Of a stretch of DNA of 64,000 nt, positions 1 to 9,611 are shown one piece after another; positions within the stretch are counted from its first letter, which is position 1; the number at the start of each line of letters is the position of its first letter. Both the position numbers and the translations under genes were made by a program. Origin of the DNA: Nitrospinales bacterium (GTDB lineage Bacteria; Nitrospinota; Nitrospinia; Nitrospinales; VA-1); the NCBI GenBank assembly GCA_965223795.1, contig CBDCXL010000002.1, forward strand, positions 2,240,001 through 2,304,000, given 5' to 3'. Under the pieces are notes generated by a model that saw only the letters and a program-made list of their open reading frames with translations, was not told the origin of the DNA and ran no database searches.

Positions 1-903
1 CGTCCGCAGCCCACTTCCTCGCATTTTGACATCCTGGACAAGGCCGAAAGCCCCTACAACACCCTGTATGTGATCGAGAACAACCGCACCCGGGAGCTGT
101 GGTTCAAGGGCGGCGGCCAATTTTTCCTGCAGAGCCGGCTGGATCTGGATGCGCCGGAATCGCTGGCGCTGGTTTATTCGCATTTGATGCTGGCCTCCCT
201 GCTGTTCCGGCCGGATCCCAAAAAAGTGCTGATGATCGGCCTGGGGGCGGGGGCGGTGAGCCAATGCCTGCACCGCCTGTATCCCAGGGCCCACATCGAC
301 GTGGTGGAGGTGGACCCGGCGGTGATCGCCTGCGCGAAAAAATACTTTTTTCTAAAGGAAGCCCGCAACTACCAGGTGCACGAAGGGGACGGGCGGATGT
401 TCATCCAGCGGCAGCGCGGGGAAACGCCCTACGACATCGTTTTACTCGATGCGTTCAAAAGCGGGTCGGTGCCGTATCACCTGAAAACCGGCGAGTTCTA
501 TCAGGAGATCCGCGACATCCTGCACCCGGAAGGCGTGGTGGTTTCCAATCTCTACGGCAAGAGCAACCGCCTCAAACCCGCCGACTGCCAGACCTTCCTG
601 TCCGTGTTCGAGCAGGTCCACTGCTTCGAAGACCCCGACCGGGTGGCGACGGCGCTGGTGGCCACGCGCGATTCGCGACGCCGGTCGCAGCACGACCTCG
701 AACGCGCCGCGCGCACGTTCACTCCCGACCTGCCTTTCTCCATGAAGGCGCTGGCGGCGATGCACAAGGAACCGGGCTGGAAGGATGCCTCGCAGGACGC
801 GTTCCGCGACGATTTTCCGGCGGGCGGTCTGCACCACGCCGTCGAGCGCAACAACCTCAAGCCGGGGCTTTCGCCGCGCTATCCCATCAAGAGCGTGAGC
901 TGA
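1..903 (+). CDS. Spermidine synthase-like class I SAM-dependent transferase (5' truncated by window edge)
   Basis: Frame open from base 1. Motifs VLMIGLGAG, VVEVDP, GDG, YDIVLLDAF. Confidence 0.85.
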   Translation, partial: RPQPTSSHFDILDKAESPYNTLYVIENNRTRELWFKGGGQFFLQSRLDLDAPESLALVYSHLMLASLLFRPDPKKVLMIGLGAGAVSQCLHRLYPRAHIDVVEVDPAVIACAKKYFFLKEARNYQVHEGDGRMFIQRQRGETPYDIVLLDAFKSGSVPYHLKTGEFYQEIRDILHPEGVVVSNLYGKSNRLKPADCQTFLSVFEQVHCFEDPDRVATALVATRDSRRRSQHDLERAARTFTPDLPFSMKALAAMHKEPGWKDASQDAFRDDFPAGGLHHAVERNNLKPGLSPRYPIKSVS

Positions 904-918
904 AGCGGGCGAAGCGTT

Positions 919-3900
919 TCACTCACGGACAGCCTGCGCCATGTCTGGAAGGCGGAATACCTCAATGCGGAAGCGTTCCGGGTCGCTGACGAGGAGCCTG
1001 TCTCCGATGACCGCGATCCCGCTCACCTTGCCCCAGCCGCCGTTGTCATGAACCGCAAGCACACGCAGGTGCGTATCGAGGTGCAGGATGCACCCGCCCC
1101 AGTAATCGGCGGCAAACAGGCCGTGCCCGGCGTGGCAGGCGAGGGCGTAGATGTCGCCGCAGTCCGCGGTTTCTTTTTTCAGGCCCGCGATCTCTTTTCC
1201 TTGCGGATCGAACAGCTTGAGGGCGTGCTCTGAGCCGTCACCGATCACGATGCGTCCGTCTTCAAGACAGCAGACGCCCGCCGGGCGATGGAGGCCCCGG
1301 GCCGTAAATTCCCGCACGGGCCGGCCTTCGGTGTCGTAGACGCACACCCGGTCGTGCGCGGGGTCGGGCACCCAGATGCGGTCCGCCGCGTCGATGTCCA
1401 GATCGAACACCGGTCCGAGGGGTTGTCCGGATTCTCCCGCGTCTCCATAGGAAAGCAGGTGCGCGCCGCCGGCGGTGAACTTCTGGATGCGGGTGTTTTT
1501 TTCGTCGGCGATGTGCAGACAGCCTGCGCTGTCGGCGGCGACGGCGATGGGGTATTTGAATTTTCCCGGTGCGTTGCCCCAGCCGCCGAAGTGAAACGCC
1601 AGCGTCGCGTCCGGGTGGAACACGCACATGCGGTGCGACTCGTAATCGGCGGCGATCCAGCCGCCGCTAGGATGTGCAGCGATCCCGTAGGCCTGAAGCG
1701 GATGCCCGGAGCGGGAGCCGGTGTTGCCGAACGCAAACAACGGCGCAGATTGCAGCGATCCCGGGGCGCCGGAAGCCGGTACGCCCGCGTGCATCGCGAT
1801 CGCGTCCTGCAGTTTGTGCACGCGCTGACGGTTTTTGAGCAGCCGGTTCAGCCGCGCCTCGCCGATCTCCAGTTCGACCTGCTCTGCCGCGAGCCGGTCC
1901 CTTAACTCGATAGCACGGTCGATGTCGGGGGCGATTTGATCCGCGTTCTGGTTGTCCATTTCGCCATTGAGGCCGGAGATGGCAAAACTCAGTGCTTTCC
2001 TCCGCGCGCGCGCCGCTGCGGTTTTTGCTGCAAGCTCCGAGGCCAGGGCGTTGAGCGCATCGATCCAGGACGCGTTGGCGGCGGCGTCCGCAAGTGTGAG
2101 GAGCAGCGCGCCGCCCTGGATCAGCCGGTTCAAGGTGCGGGCTTCGTTGATTTCCAGCGTCAGCGCCATGCGCCGCAGCAGACCGATCTGAAATTGCACC
2201 ACGTCCTGGTTGTGCTGCTGCGTGATCGGCGCTTTTTTGTCCTGCGGGTTGAAGCCGCGGCTCAGAGCGTCGGTGCGGTTTTTTTCGAGGCGCAATGTCT
2301 TTAGCTGATCGAGAATCCCGCCGTGTTTCTCGTCGTAGGTGTGTTGCTCCCGGAGGATGGCTGTCACCTGGCTTAAAAGTTCCGCTTGCACACGGGCGGC
2401 GTCTTTGAGCGAAACGGTCTCTCCCGCACACAGAATGCTTTCTTTTTGAACCGCAAGCGGCATCGCTTCGATGAGCCCGGCGCGGGCCGTTTCGGCGAGG
2501 TCGAGCGCCTCCGAATCGAAGGGCACCGGCACAAGATCCTCGATCGTCAGCTCGCGCACGGCGGGCGGTTCCGCCACTTGAAAACCGGCGATCCAGGCTT
2601 GCACGCAGTTTTTGATCTCGATTTCGAGTGGCCGGTGGAAATTCCAGTCCTCCTGAAAGCCGAGCAGGATTTTGTGCAGGTGCTCCGCAGCCGGATGATC
2701 GATGAAGCAGCGGCTCAATGTGCTTTGCACAGCCGCGTGCTTTGGGTGCGTCCGCGCCGCCGCCTGGAAGGCGGCCATGCAGGCGCGCATTTCGAAATGC
2801 AGCTGGCGGATCACATCGAGGATGCGCAGGTTGCTGGCGGCGAGGATGAGAAACGGTTCCCATTTGCCGCCGGGATCGTTCATTTCGCTGAACGAGCGCA
2901 CCATCGTCTCTTCCTGGGTTTCCTTGGTTTCGAGCAGGTGAAGCAGGCTCGCGCACAGCGTCTGCCAGTTCGATTCGAGGGCGGCGAGCCCGCGCTCGCG
3001 GCACTCGGGCGCGTCGAGTGCGCACAGGTTCTGCGCGAACTCTGTGAAATTCCGTGTGGCGTCGCGGTGCACGAAAAACAGGCGGCGCAATTTGCGGAAC
3101 AGGGTCTTGTCGCGTTCTTCCGCAGCGTATAATTCTTTATCGAAAGTGCGGGGGTCCTCGCCACTGGCGAGGACGCGCTTCTGCTCCGCAAACAGGCGGC
3201 GGTTGTGGTCGAGCGCCGCCTGCTCCCATTCCAGGTGCGTTTCCAAAAGGTTCCGGCGGGCGGCCTGCTGCACAGACTGAACCGTTTTCAGTGCGGCGAG
3301 GAGCGCATCGGTGTTCTGCGGATCGTTGTGTTCCCGCGCCAGACGGCTGAAGCTGAGATGGCCGGCGAGGGGACCGTTGACACCGGCAGATGGATTTTCC
3401 CGGGTCAAACGGATCGCGGCCTCCCGGTGCGTGGCGAGCGCCGCGGCCGGATCACCGGACTGCTCTTCAAGTTGTGCCTTGTGCTGGAGAAGGCCGGTGT
3501 CCTCCGGACGGGCGCGGATCGCGGCCTCAAGAAGATCCCGTTCCGCAGCATGCGGCATCTCGAATTCGAACACCGCCGTGTCGAAGGTGAGGCTCAGTAA
3601 AAGCGAGCCATCCGGTGTGAAGGCGGCCAGGTTGGGCGCCTGCAGGTCCTGCGGTTTTTCGCGCTGGCTGCATTCAAACAGAAACGCCCCGGTGGATGTG
3701 AAGGCCTGCACCCGGTTGTTGTTGAGATCGGTGGCGCACACCACGCCGTTGGGCGCGACGGCGACGGATTGCGGGTACTGGAAGCAGCCGGGGCCCGCGC
3801 CGCGTTCGCCGAAACTGAAACGCCGCCGCCACCGGGCGTCGAACCGGACGACGCGGTGGTTGCCGCTGTCGGCGATGAGCCAGCCGCCGTCCTGCGCGGC

Positions 3901-4473
3901 GGCGATGGAAGTGGGAAATTCGAAGCCCGGTCCCGAGAACAGGTGCGACGGGGTTTCGTAAATCGCCGCCAGTTCTTCCTCCAGCACGGAGCCGCGGTTG
4001 CCGATCCAGCCCAGCGAGACGCCAGCCGCATCGAAGATCTGGATGCGGTGGTTGTAGCGTTCGACGACGAGCAGCCGGCCTTGCGCATCGACCGCCACGT
4101 CGAACGGTTCGTTGAGCTGCCCTTTGGCGTCGCCGCAGCCGCCGAGCGATTGGAGATGGCGGCCGTCCGCGTCGAATTTCTGCACCCGGTGGTTCCAGCT
4201 GTCGGCGACGTAGATGTTTCCCTCCGCATCGACGGCACAGCCTTTGGGGTAATGAAACTGGCCGGGGCCCTTGCCCTTTTCACCAAACTGGGCGACGCAG
4301 TTTCCGTCCGCATCGTAGATCTGAATCCTGTGGTTGAAATCGTCGGCCAGGATCAGGTGGCTGTCGCGTGTGAAGGCGAAACCGGAAGGCGGCGAAAGGC
4401 TGTTGTCCTGCGCAGCCGCTTTGGCGGAACGCGCTTTTGCATCGCATGCCGGGCAGGGACAAAGATGAAGCAT
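919..4473 (-). CDS. Large NHL-repeat protein: N- and C-terminal NHL beta-propellers flanking a long helical/coiled-coil region
   Basis: Repeated F.YP..AVD..G.IYVAD..NHR.Q.F motifs at both ends. 1184 aa. Confidence 0.85.
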   Translation of the reverse strand: MLHLCPCPACDAKARSAKAAAQDNSLSPPSGFAFTRDSHLILADDFNHRIQIYDADGNCVAQFGEKGKGPGQFHYPKGCAVDAEGNIYVADSWNHRVQKFDADGRHLQSLGGCGDAKGQLNEPFDVAVDAQGRLLVVERYNHRIQIFDAAGVSLGWIGNRGSVLEEELAAIYETPSHLFSGPGFEFPTSIAAAQDGGWLIADSGNHRVVRFDARWRRRFSFGERGAGPGCFQYPQSVAVAPNGVVCATDLNNNRVQAFTSTGAFLFECSQREKPQDLQAPNLAAFTPDGSLLLSLTFDTAVFEFEMPHAAERDLLEAAIRARPEDTGLLQHKAQLEEQSGDPAAALATHREAAIRLTRENPSAGVNGPLAGHLSFSRLAREHNDPQNTDALLAALKTVQSVQQAARRNLLETHLEWEQAALDHNRRLFAEQKRVLASGEDPRTFDKELYAAEERDKTLFRKLRRLFFVHRDATRNFTEFAQNLCALDAPECRERGLAALESNWQTLCASLLHLLETKETQEETMVRSFSEMNDPGGKWEPFLILAASNLRILDVIRQLHFEMRACMAAFQAAARTHPKHAAVQSTLSRCFIDHPAAEHLHKILLGFQEDWNFHRPLEIEIKNCVQAWIAGFQVAEPPAVRELTIEDLVPVPFDSEALDLAETARAGLIEAMPLAVQKESILCAGETVSLKDAARVQAELLSQVTAILREQHTYDEKHGGILDQLKTLRLEKNRTDALSRGFNPQDKKAPITQQHNQDVVQFQIGLLRRMALTLEINEARTLNRLIQGGALLLTLADAAANASWIDALNALASELAAKTAAARARRKALSFAISGLNGEMDNQNADQIAPDIDRAIELRDRLAAEQVELEIGEARLNRLLKNRQRVHKLQDAIAMHAGVPASGAPGSLQSAPLFAFGNTGSRSGHPLQAYGIAAHPSGGWIAADYESHRMCVFHPDATLAFHFGGWGNAPGKFKYPIAVAADSAGCLHIADEKNTRIQKFTAGGAHLLSYGDAGESGQPLGPVFDLDIDAADRIWVPDPAHDRVCVYDTEGRPVREFTARGLHRPAGVCCLEDGRIVIGDGSEHALKLFDPQGKEIAGLKKETADCGDIYALACHAGHGLFAADYWGGCILHLDTHLRVLAVHDNGGWGKVSGIAVIGDRLLVSDPERFRIEVFRLPDMAQAVRE

Positions 4474-4633
4474 CGTTTTCGGCGGCGGTTCCCGAGGCGG
4501 GTTTCATGGAGGGCGGAGGTTCGTGTGCGTTGTTCACATGACGCGGGCATTAAATCACAAACAGGGGGTGAACTCAATGCCCGTGGATTTTCTTTTTTGC
4601 CGTGCTTTTACAGTCTGAGTCCACACGCGCGGA

Positions 4634-5602
4634 TCAACGAGTGAGGACCCATTTTGCGATCTCACGATCGTTGACCGTGCGGGTTTTCTGGATGCGGTGG
4701 CGGCGCAGCAGCATGGGAAAGAGCTGTCTCAGCGCCGCGAGCTTGGACTTGAGCAGGACGAGGCCCTGACCGCGGTAGGTGAAGTAGCGGATGTCCTTGA
4801 GCTGGTGCTTGAGGATGAGGAGGCAGTGCCTGAAAACCATCGCGAGCGACATGGTTTTGATGAGCACGAACAGGTCGTTGCGCTTGCACAGATAAATATA
4901 ACGGTCGCTGTACAGCCCGACGGTGGCGGTGCCGATGTGGTACACCTTCGCTTCGGGCAGGTAGACCGCCTCGAAGCCGCGCAGCTGGCTGCGCATGTTG
5001 AGATCGACGTCCTCGGCGAAGATGAAAAAATCCTCGTCGAACAGTCCGACCGTGTCGAACAGTTCCCGCCGGTAGATGCCGGCGCCGGCGCAGGCGCCGA
5101 ACACGTATTCTTCCTCGTCGTACTGGCCCACGTCCTTTTCGCCCTGGCCGCGCCCGCCGCCCGAGGACCAGGCGTGGAACAGATCGCCGGTGTTGTAGAA
5201 CGTGTCGCGCTGGTCGAGAAACATCATCTTGGTGGTGCCCATGCCGCACTCGGGGTGCCGTTCCATGCCTTCGTAAAGCTTTTCGATCCAGTCCGGCTCG
5301 ACCTCGATGTCGTTGTTGAGCAGGCAGATGTATTTTCCTTTCGACGCCTCGATGCCGCGGTTGCAGGCGGTGGCGAAGCCGAGGTTTTCCGGAAGCTTGA
5401 CCAGCCGTACCCAGGGGTAGTCGCTTTCTATGAGTTCGCGCGAGCCGTCGCTGGAGCCGTTGTCCACCACGATCACTTCGTGGCTGGCAAACGTGGATTG
5501 TTTGAGCGAGTCCAGGCACATGCCGACGAAGCGCAGACCGTTCCAGTTGGGAATGATGACGCTGACCTGGACGGCGGGCCGGGAGCCGGGAACGGGATTC
5601 AC
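4634..5602 (-). CDS. Glycosyltransferase family 2 (WbbL/RfbF-like)
   Basis: VSVIIPNWNG, VVDNGSSDGS, LLNND, FDEDFFIFAEDVDL. The GTG start at 5602 overlaps the upstream stop (GTGA). The 1155-aa ORF in the track is an over-extension. Confidence 0.9.
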   Translation of the reverse strand: MNPVPGSRPAVQVSVIIPNWNGLRFVGMCLDSLKQSTFASHEVIVVDNGSSDGSRELIESDYPWVRLVKLPENLGFATACNRGIEASKGKYICLLNNDIEVEPDWIEKLYEGMERHPECGMGTTKMMFLDQRDTFYNTGDLFHAWSSGGGRGQGEKDVGQYDEEEYVFGACAGAGIYRRELFDTVGLFDEDFFIFAEDVDLNMRSQLRGFEAVYLPEAKVYHIGTATVGLYSDRYIYLCKRNDLFVLIKTMSLAMVFRHCLLILKHQLKDIRYFTYRGQGLVLLKSKLAALRQLFPMLLRRHRIQKTRTVNDREIAKWVLTR

Positions 5603-8016
5603 GCATCGCCTCCCGTTTTCTGGGTGAGCGGGGTTGCGGACGCTTCCCGGGCTTCGATCAGAAGGTTGCGGGCGCCTGTGTGCAGCGGATCGAGCCTCAG
5701 GCACCGCTCGGCGAACTGCTGCCGGCTTTCCATGCCGGAAAGGCGGGCGCGGCGGAACCAGGCGGCGGCGCGGGTGCGGATGTGGCGGCTGCTGCGTTCG
5801 GTCACGGCCTTGAACAGCAGGTAGGCGTTTTCCAGATCGCCTTCCCGTTCCAGGGCCGAGGCCTTGGCGTACAGGAGCAGCAGGTTTTCCGGATCGCGGT
5901 TCAGGTAGTGATCGAGTGTCGCCGATTCCGGGCGCTGGGCGGCGTCCAGAGCGGCGATGGCGTTCGCCACGCGGGTTTCCAGCCACTCGCGGTCGAGTTT
6001 GCCCGGCGTGGTCGCGGCTTCGGCGAACAGACGCATGAGCTGTTCCCGTTCTTTCAGGCGGGTGAGCGATTCGATCAGCTCTTCCCAGCAGTCGTGCCGA
6101 GCGGGATGCTGGGTGCGGAACCATTCGAATTCCTGCACGGCCGCGCGGTGCAGGCCGCGCCGCTTGAGGACCAGGCCTTTCACAAACACGGCTTCGTCGC
6201 TGGCACCGAAACGGGTGGTTTCCTCCTGCACCCGCTGCGCGGCATCGTCGAAACGGCCGAGCCGGGCGCACTGCTTCGCCAGCAGCAGGCGCACGTTCAG
6301 ACGGCCGGGGTCCAGGCGCGCAGCGCTCTCGAACACCCAGGCGGCGCGTTCCGGCTGTCCGAGCTGCGCGTACAGTTCGCCGAGGTAGATGAGGCCCGCG
6401 ACGTCGGTGGGGTTGAGCCGGATCAGCTTTCTGCATTCCTTGAGCGCGGTGTGGATGCGGCCGCGATCGCGGTCGGTCTTGTCCACATCCGGTGCGTGCC
6501 AGTCGCTTGCGGTGAGGCGGTCGAGGAGCTTCATCTTCTCCTGCCAGGGCAGGGCGAGGGGATTCTGCGGCACGGCGTTCACGGCCTTGAGCCGGTACAC
6601 CGGGTAGCGGGCAAGCAGCACTTTGACCGGTTCGTATTGCAGCCCGGTCACTTCTTCCAGCACGGCGAGATTGAGGTCGGTGAAGGTTTTGACGAGCGTG
6701 TGCGGCTGGTGGCGGATCAACCCGCCGATCACGCCGTCGAAGTAGCCTTCGAGAGCGCGGTCGTTCCAGGGACGGATGCAGTGGTGCAGGTAGTTGTCCG
6801 CCGCCGGGCAATCGGTGAGATGATACAGCTGGGAAAACGTGCCCCAGACAAACAGGCGTCCGCCGCTCTCGCCGCGCATGCGGATCCAGCGCTTGAGGAT
6901 TTTCGCCACGCGCGGCAGATACAGGTACTGATCGAATTTTTCGTACTGCGCCAGGGTTTCCACATCCAGCGGGCGGCGGTAAAAGAAAAACAGGCGCGCG
7001 ACGTTCCAGATGAGCAGGGCCAAAAATCCCAGGAACAGCGCCGTGGCCGGGATGTTGTCGGCCTTCAGCACCCAGTCCATGGCAAACCCGCTCATCAGCG
7101 CCAGCCATCCGACCAGCGGCAGGTAATGGTAACGGGAAAATCCGCGCTGGCAGAAGATCATGATCCCGGTCACGGCCGTGAACGCTCCGGTCCACACGGC
7201 GTGCGGTCCTAATAGCGAGAGCAGGAACCCGATGCTTCCGGCGATCACAACGGGCAGGGTCTGCATGATGAGGCGGCGCATTTCGGATGGCAGGTGAAAG
7301 TGCATGGCCTTGGTGCGGGTCAGTCTCAGGGTGGTCGCCATGCGCGTGCGCATCTGCCGGCGCGAGGCCGCATCCCAGAAGCCGTAAAACGCGTCCACAC
7401 CGTTGGACAGCACGACGGGCAGCGCCGCGCCGAGGACGAACGGCAGCAGGGCGGGCGCGCCGAATTGCAGTCCGACGACGGGCGTCAGCACGGCCGCGTA
7501 CAGGCCGGTGGTGAACTTGGGGATGGTGGCGAGGCCGAAGCAGAACCCGGCCGCAAAAAGCCAGTCCGGCCCCAGGGCCAGCAGGGTGAAGCCGAGCAGG
7601 ACGGCGGGGATGTAGAACTGTTCGTGGTTGAACGATCCGGCGGTGAGGTCGGGCGAGGTGCCGTAAAACGCGTGCAGGGAACCCGCCGCCAGCGCCGCCC
7701 AGGGATTGTGGGTGAGCGCGGACGCCGCGAAATAGACGATGAGGGAGGTGCCCACATGAAACGCCGTCTGCAAATTGCGGATGCGTTGCACACCGTCTTC
7801 GGGACTGCCGTAGATCCTGTCGGTGAGTCCCATCCGCCACATGGGGATGCCGATGATCTGCAGGTCCTTTTTCCATTGCAAGCCCAAATGAGCGAACCGG
7901 GCCCGGTAGGTGTAGATGGCGAAATCGTCGTCCATCGGGAAATGCTGGAACGGCCTGCGGGCGAGCAGGCCGATGAGCGCGATGCAGCTTGTGAAAAAGA
8001 GATCGAGTGTGTTCAT
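5599..8016 (-). CDS. Membrane GT-C (ArnT/PMT-like) glycosyltransferase with C-terminal TPR repeats
   Basis: Acidic DDD motif after the first TM helix, about 10 hydrophobic segments, TPR-like repeats (YLGELYAQLGQPERA). ATG start at 8016. Confidence 0.7.
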   Translation of the reverse strand: MNTLDLFFTSCIALIGLLARRPFQHFPMDDDFAIYTYRARFAHLGLQWKKDLQIIGIPMWRMGLTDRIYGSPEDGVQRIRNLQTAFHVGTSLIVYFAASALTHNPWAALAAGSLHAFYGTSPDLTAGSFNHEQFYIPAVLLGFTLLALGPDWLFAAGFCFGLATIPKFTTGLYAAVLTPVVGLQFGAPALLPFVLGAALPVVLSNGVDAFYGFWDAASRRQMRTRMATTLRLTRTKAMHFHLPSEMRRLIMQTLPVVIAGSIGFLLSLLGPHAVWTGAFTAVTGIMIFCQRGFSRYHYLPLVGWLALMSGFAMDWVLKADNIPATALFLGFLALLIWNVARLFFFYRRPLDVETLAQYEKFDQYLYLPRVAKILKRWIRMRGESGGRLFVWGTFSQLYHLTDCPAADNYLHHCIRPWNDRALEGYFDGVIGGLIRHQPHTLVKTFTDLNLAVLEEVTGLQYEPVKVLLARYPVYRLKAVNAVPQNPLALPWQEKMKLLDRLTASDWHAPDVDKTDRDRGRIHTALKECRKLIRLNPTDVAGLIYLGELYAQLGQPERAAWVFESAARLDPGRLNVRLLLAKQCARLGRFDDAAQRVQEETTRFGASDEAVFVKGLVLKRRGLHRAAVQEFEWFRTQHPARHDCWEELIESLTRLKEREQLMRLFAEAATTPGKLDREWLETRVANAIAALDAAQRPESATLDHYLNRDPENLLLLYAKASALEREGDLENAYLLFKAVTERSSRHIRTRAAAWFRRARLSGMESRQQFAERCLRLDPLHTGARNLLIEAREASATPLTQKTGGDA

Positions 8017-8317
8017 GCGGAGCGGGGAGAAGGTTGATGGATCGAATCCGGCCGAAAACGGTCCGCAACCCGACTCGCGCAGAGTCAGGCCGGAACGCCA
8101 CACACTCTGATCGGAAAATCCGGCCCTTTGCTTTAGCGAAAAGCGGTTCGAATGAGTTGTAACGCCTTAAATATCAATATTATATTTTGAAAGTGGCGGT
8201 AAGTGTAAGAGTTTTGGGAAAGGAAGGGGAGCAAATGCATCGGTCATGAACTTGAAGTGGTATCCGAAACGGTTGCTGTATAAAATTTTTTAGGGAACAA
8301 TCTTCTGCTACCAGCAA

Positions 8318-8743
8318 TCAATGGTGACTTCTGCAATCACATAAATGCATGCTGTCCTTTGCAGGCCACAGGGACCAAGTTTCGTAGAGGGATTTGAACC
8401 ACAAACAATATTCTCGAGTGTCCTCAAAGCGGAACCAGAAGGACTCGGTCATCTTTCCATCTCTGTAAATTTTCACCAAATGCCGATCATTGCGGCTCAA
8501 ATCTGGATACTGAGTGCTTGCATCCGTTTGTGTTTTTATGACGGGACCCTGATCGATCTGTACCGCCCAGTTTATTTGTGGTTCTGAAAGCTCCAAACCA
8601 CGCGCTTGTCGCAATTTATTGGAAATGGCTGCTGGACCAATGCAGATTGATCCTGCATCCGTTTGCACAGAAGAATAAAGCGGAGTGAAAAACACCATTC
8701 CGCTTACAGCGAGAAAAAACGACAGAGATCGCACGATGTTCAT
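8318..8743 (-). CDS. Secreted hypothetical protein (141 aa, Cys-containing)
   Basis: ATG at 8743 overlaps the upstream stop (ATGA). Signal-peptide-like N-terminus. AT-rich. Confidence 0.65.
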   Translation of the reverse strand: MNIVRSLSFFLAVSGMVFFTPLYSSVQTDAGSICIGPAAISNKLRQARGLELSEPQINWAVQIDQGPVIKTQTDASTQYPDLSRNDRHLVKIYRDGKMTESFWFRFEDTREYCLWFKSLYETWSLWPAKDSMHLCDCRSHH

Positions 8744-9036
8744 ATGCTGTTTGCCACGGCGACGATGGAAAAGCCATTGAAGCTTTGTCCCACCAGTTCC
8801 CTCAGGAAAAAAATGGCGCACGCGATGCTCCAGCAAAAGCTGACGGACTGAATGAGCAACGCATAGTCCATCACGTTTTTTCCAATTGCGCCGAGTCCGA
8901 ATCCGATGATGAACCCGATCACGCCGCCGCCGACAACACCGAACAGCGTGGTTCTCCAGAACCACCACCAGAATACCTGTAGCGTCATTCCCCAGGTCAC
9001 ATCCAACGAGGGTTTCCTTTGAATATTCGCTTGCAT
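8740..9036 (-). CDS. Small membrane protein (98 aa)
   Basis: Strong RBS (GGAGGAGG). Two hydrophobic, Gly-rich segments. Confidence 0.75.
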   Translation of the reverse strand: MQANIQRKPSLDVTWGMTLQVFWWWFWRTTLFGVVGGGVIGFIIGFGLGAIGKNVMDYALLIQSVSFCWSIACAIFFLRELVGQSFNGFSIVAVANSI

Positions 9037-9095
9037 TTGATTTTCCTCCTCCAGTCCGGTTTATTGATTCGGCCGTTTCGAATATCTATTAATAA

Positions 9096-9111
9096 AGCAA
9101 TCCCTGTGCCA
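9096..9111 (-). promoter_or_regulatory. Sigma54 (-24/-12) promoter
   Basis: Minus strand reads TGGCAC-AGGGA-TTGCT, an exact consensus match, about 60 bp upstream of the ATG at 9036. Confidence 0.8.
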
Positions 9112-9144
9112 TGACACGACCCTTGAAAAACCGCGCGTTTTTCA

Positions 9145-9157
9145 CAATGGCTTGAAA
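9145..9157 (-). promoter_or_regulatory. Putative IHF binding site
   Basis: TTTCAA-GCCA-TTG, one mismatch to WATCAANNNNTTR, just upstream of the sigma54 promoter. Confidence 0.45.
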
Positions 9158-9252
9158 AACCATGCAAAAAGTGTGACAAATTTAGCTCGTCAAACTGTCG
9201 TTGTCATCGGTGCCCTTTCGTAAAGAAAGGCTCGTATTGCGATGGATTTGTT

Positions 9253-9600
9253 TCAGGGAATCTTGAGCAGCAGCAATTGCGGAAACGTCATCAGGGTCAA
9301 GAGGGATGTGATGAGCAGGCAGAGGTAGACGAGACGCGGTTCCTGGTCGAGCAGCCAGCGGTGCGCCCATCGCGCTGCGATGAGGCCTGTGGCAAAGAAC
9401 AGGATTGCCGCAAACGCGAAGGCGGCGAGGAAGGTGCGGCTTTGGATGAGCTCGCGGTTGTTTTCGAAATTCAGGAAGGTCAGCGCGATGAGGCTGGTCG
9501 CCAGCAGCAGCAGAAACGTCAGCCAGCCGATGCAAAGCCCCGCGATGCGTGCGGCCCAGCGGGGTGAAGCGGTTTGTCCGGAGCCGTTGTTCTCATGCAT
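9253..9600 (-). CDS. Small membrane protein (115 aa, about 3 TM helices)
   Basis: Three hydrophobic segments, directly downstream of the GT2 gene. Confidence 0.7.
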   Translation of the reverse strand: MHENNGSGQTASPRWAARIAGLCIGWLTFLLLLATSLIALTFLNFENNRELIQSRTFLAAFAFAAILFFATGLIAARWAHRWLLDQEPRLVYLCLLITSLLTLMTFPQLLLLKIP

Positions 9601-9611
9601 CGTTCATGAGG

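Noticed and set aside
4543..4584. Imperfect hairpin (GCGGGCATT/AATGCCCGT) upstream of the large NHL gene
   Set aside because: No U-tract on the coding strand and no recognisable RNA motif. Insufficient evidence.
4634..8101. 1155-aa ORF appearing to fuse a long Arg/Pro-rich region to a GT2
   Set aside because: The upstream part is an alternative frame of the GT-C/TPR gene. The GT2 has its own GTG at 5602 overlapping the previous stop.
8257..8278. TGGTAT...TTGC as a sigma54 promoter
   Set aside because: GG-to-GC spacing is too long and there is no downstream gene on that strand.
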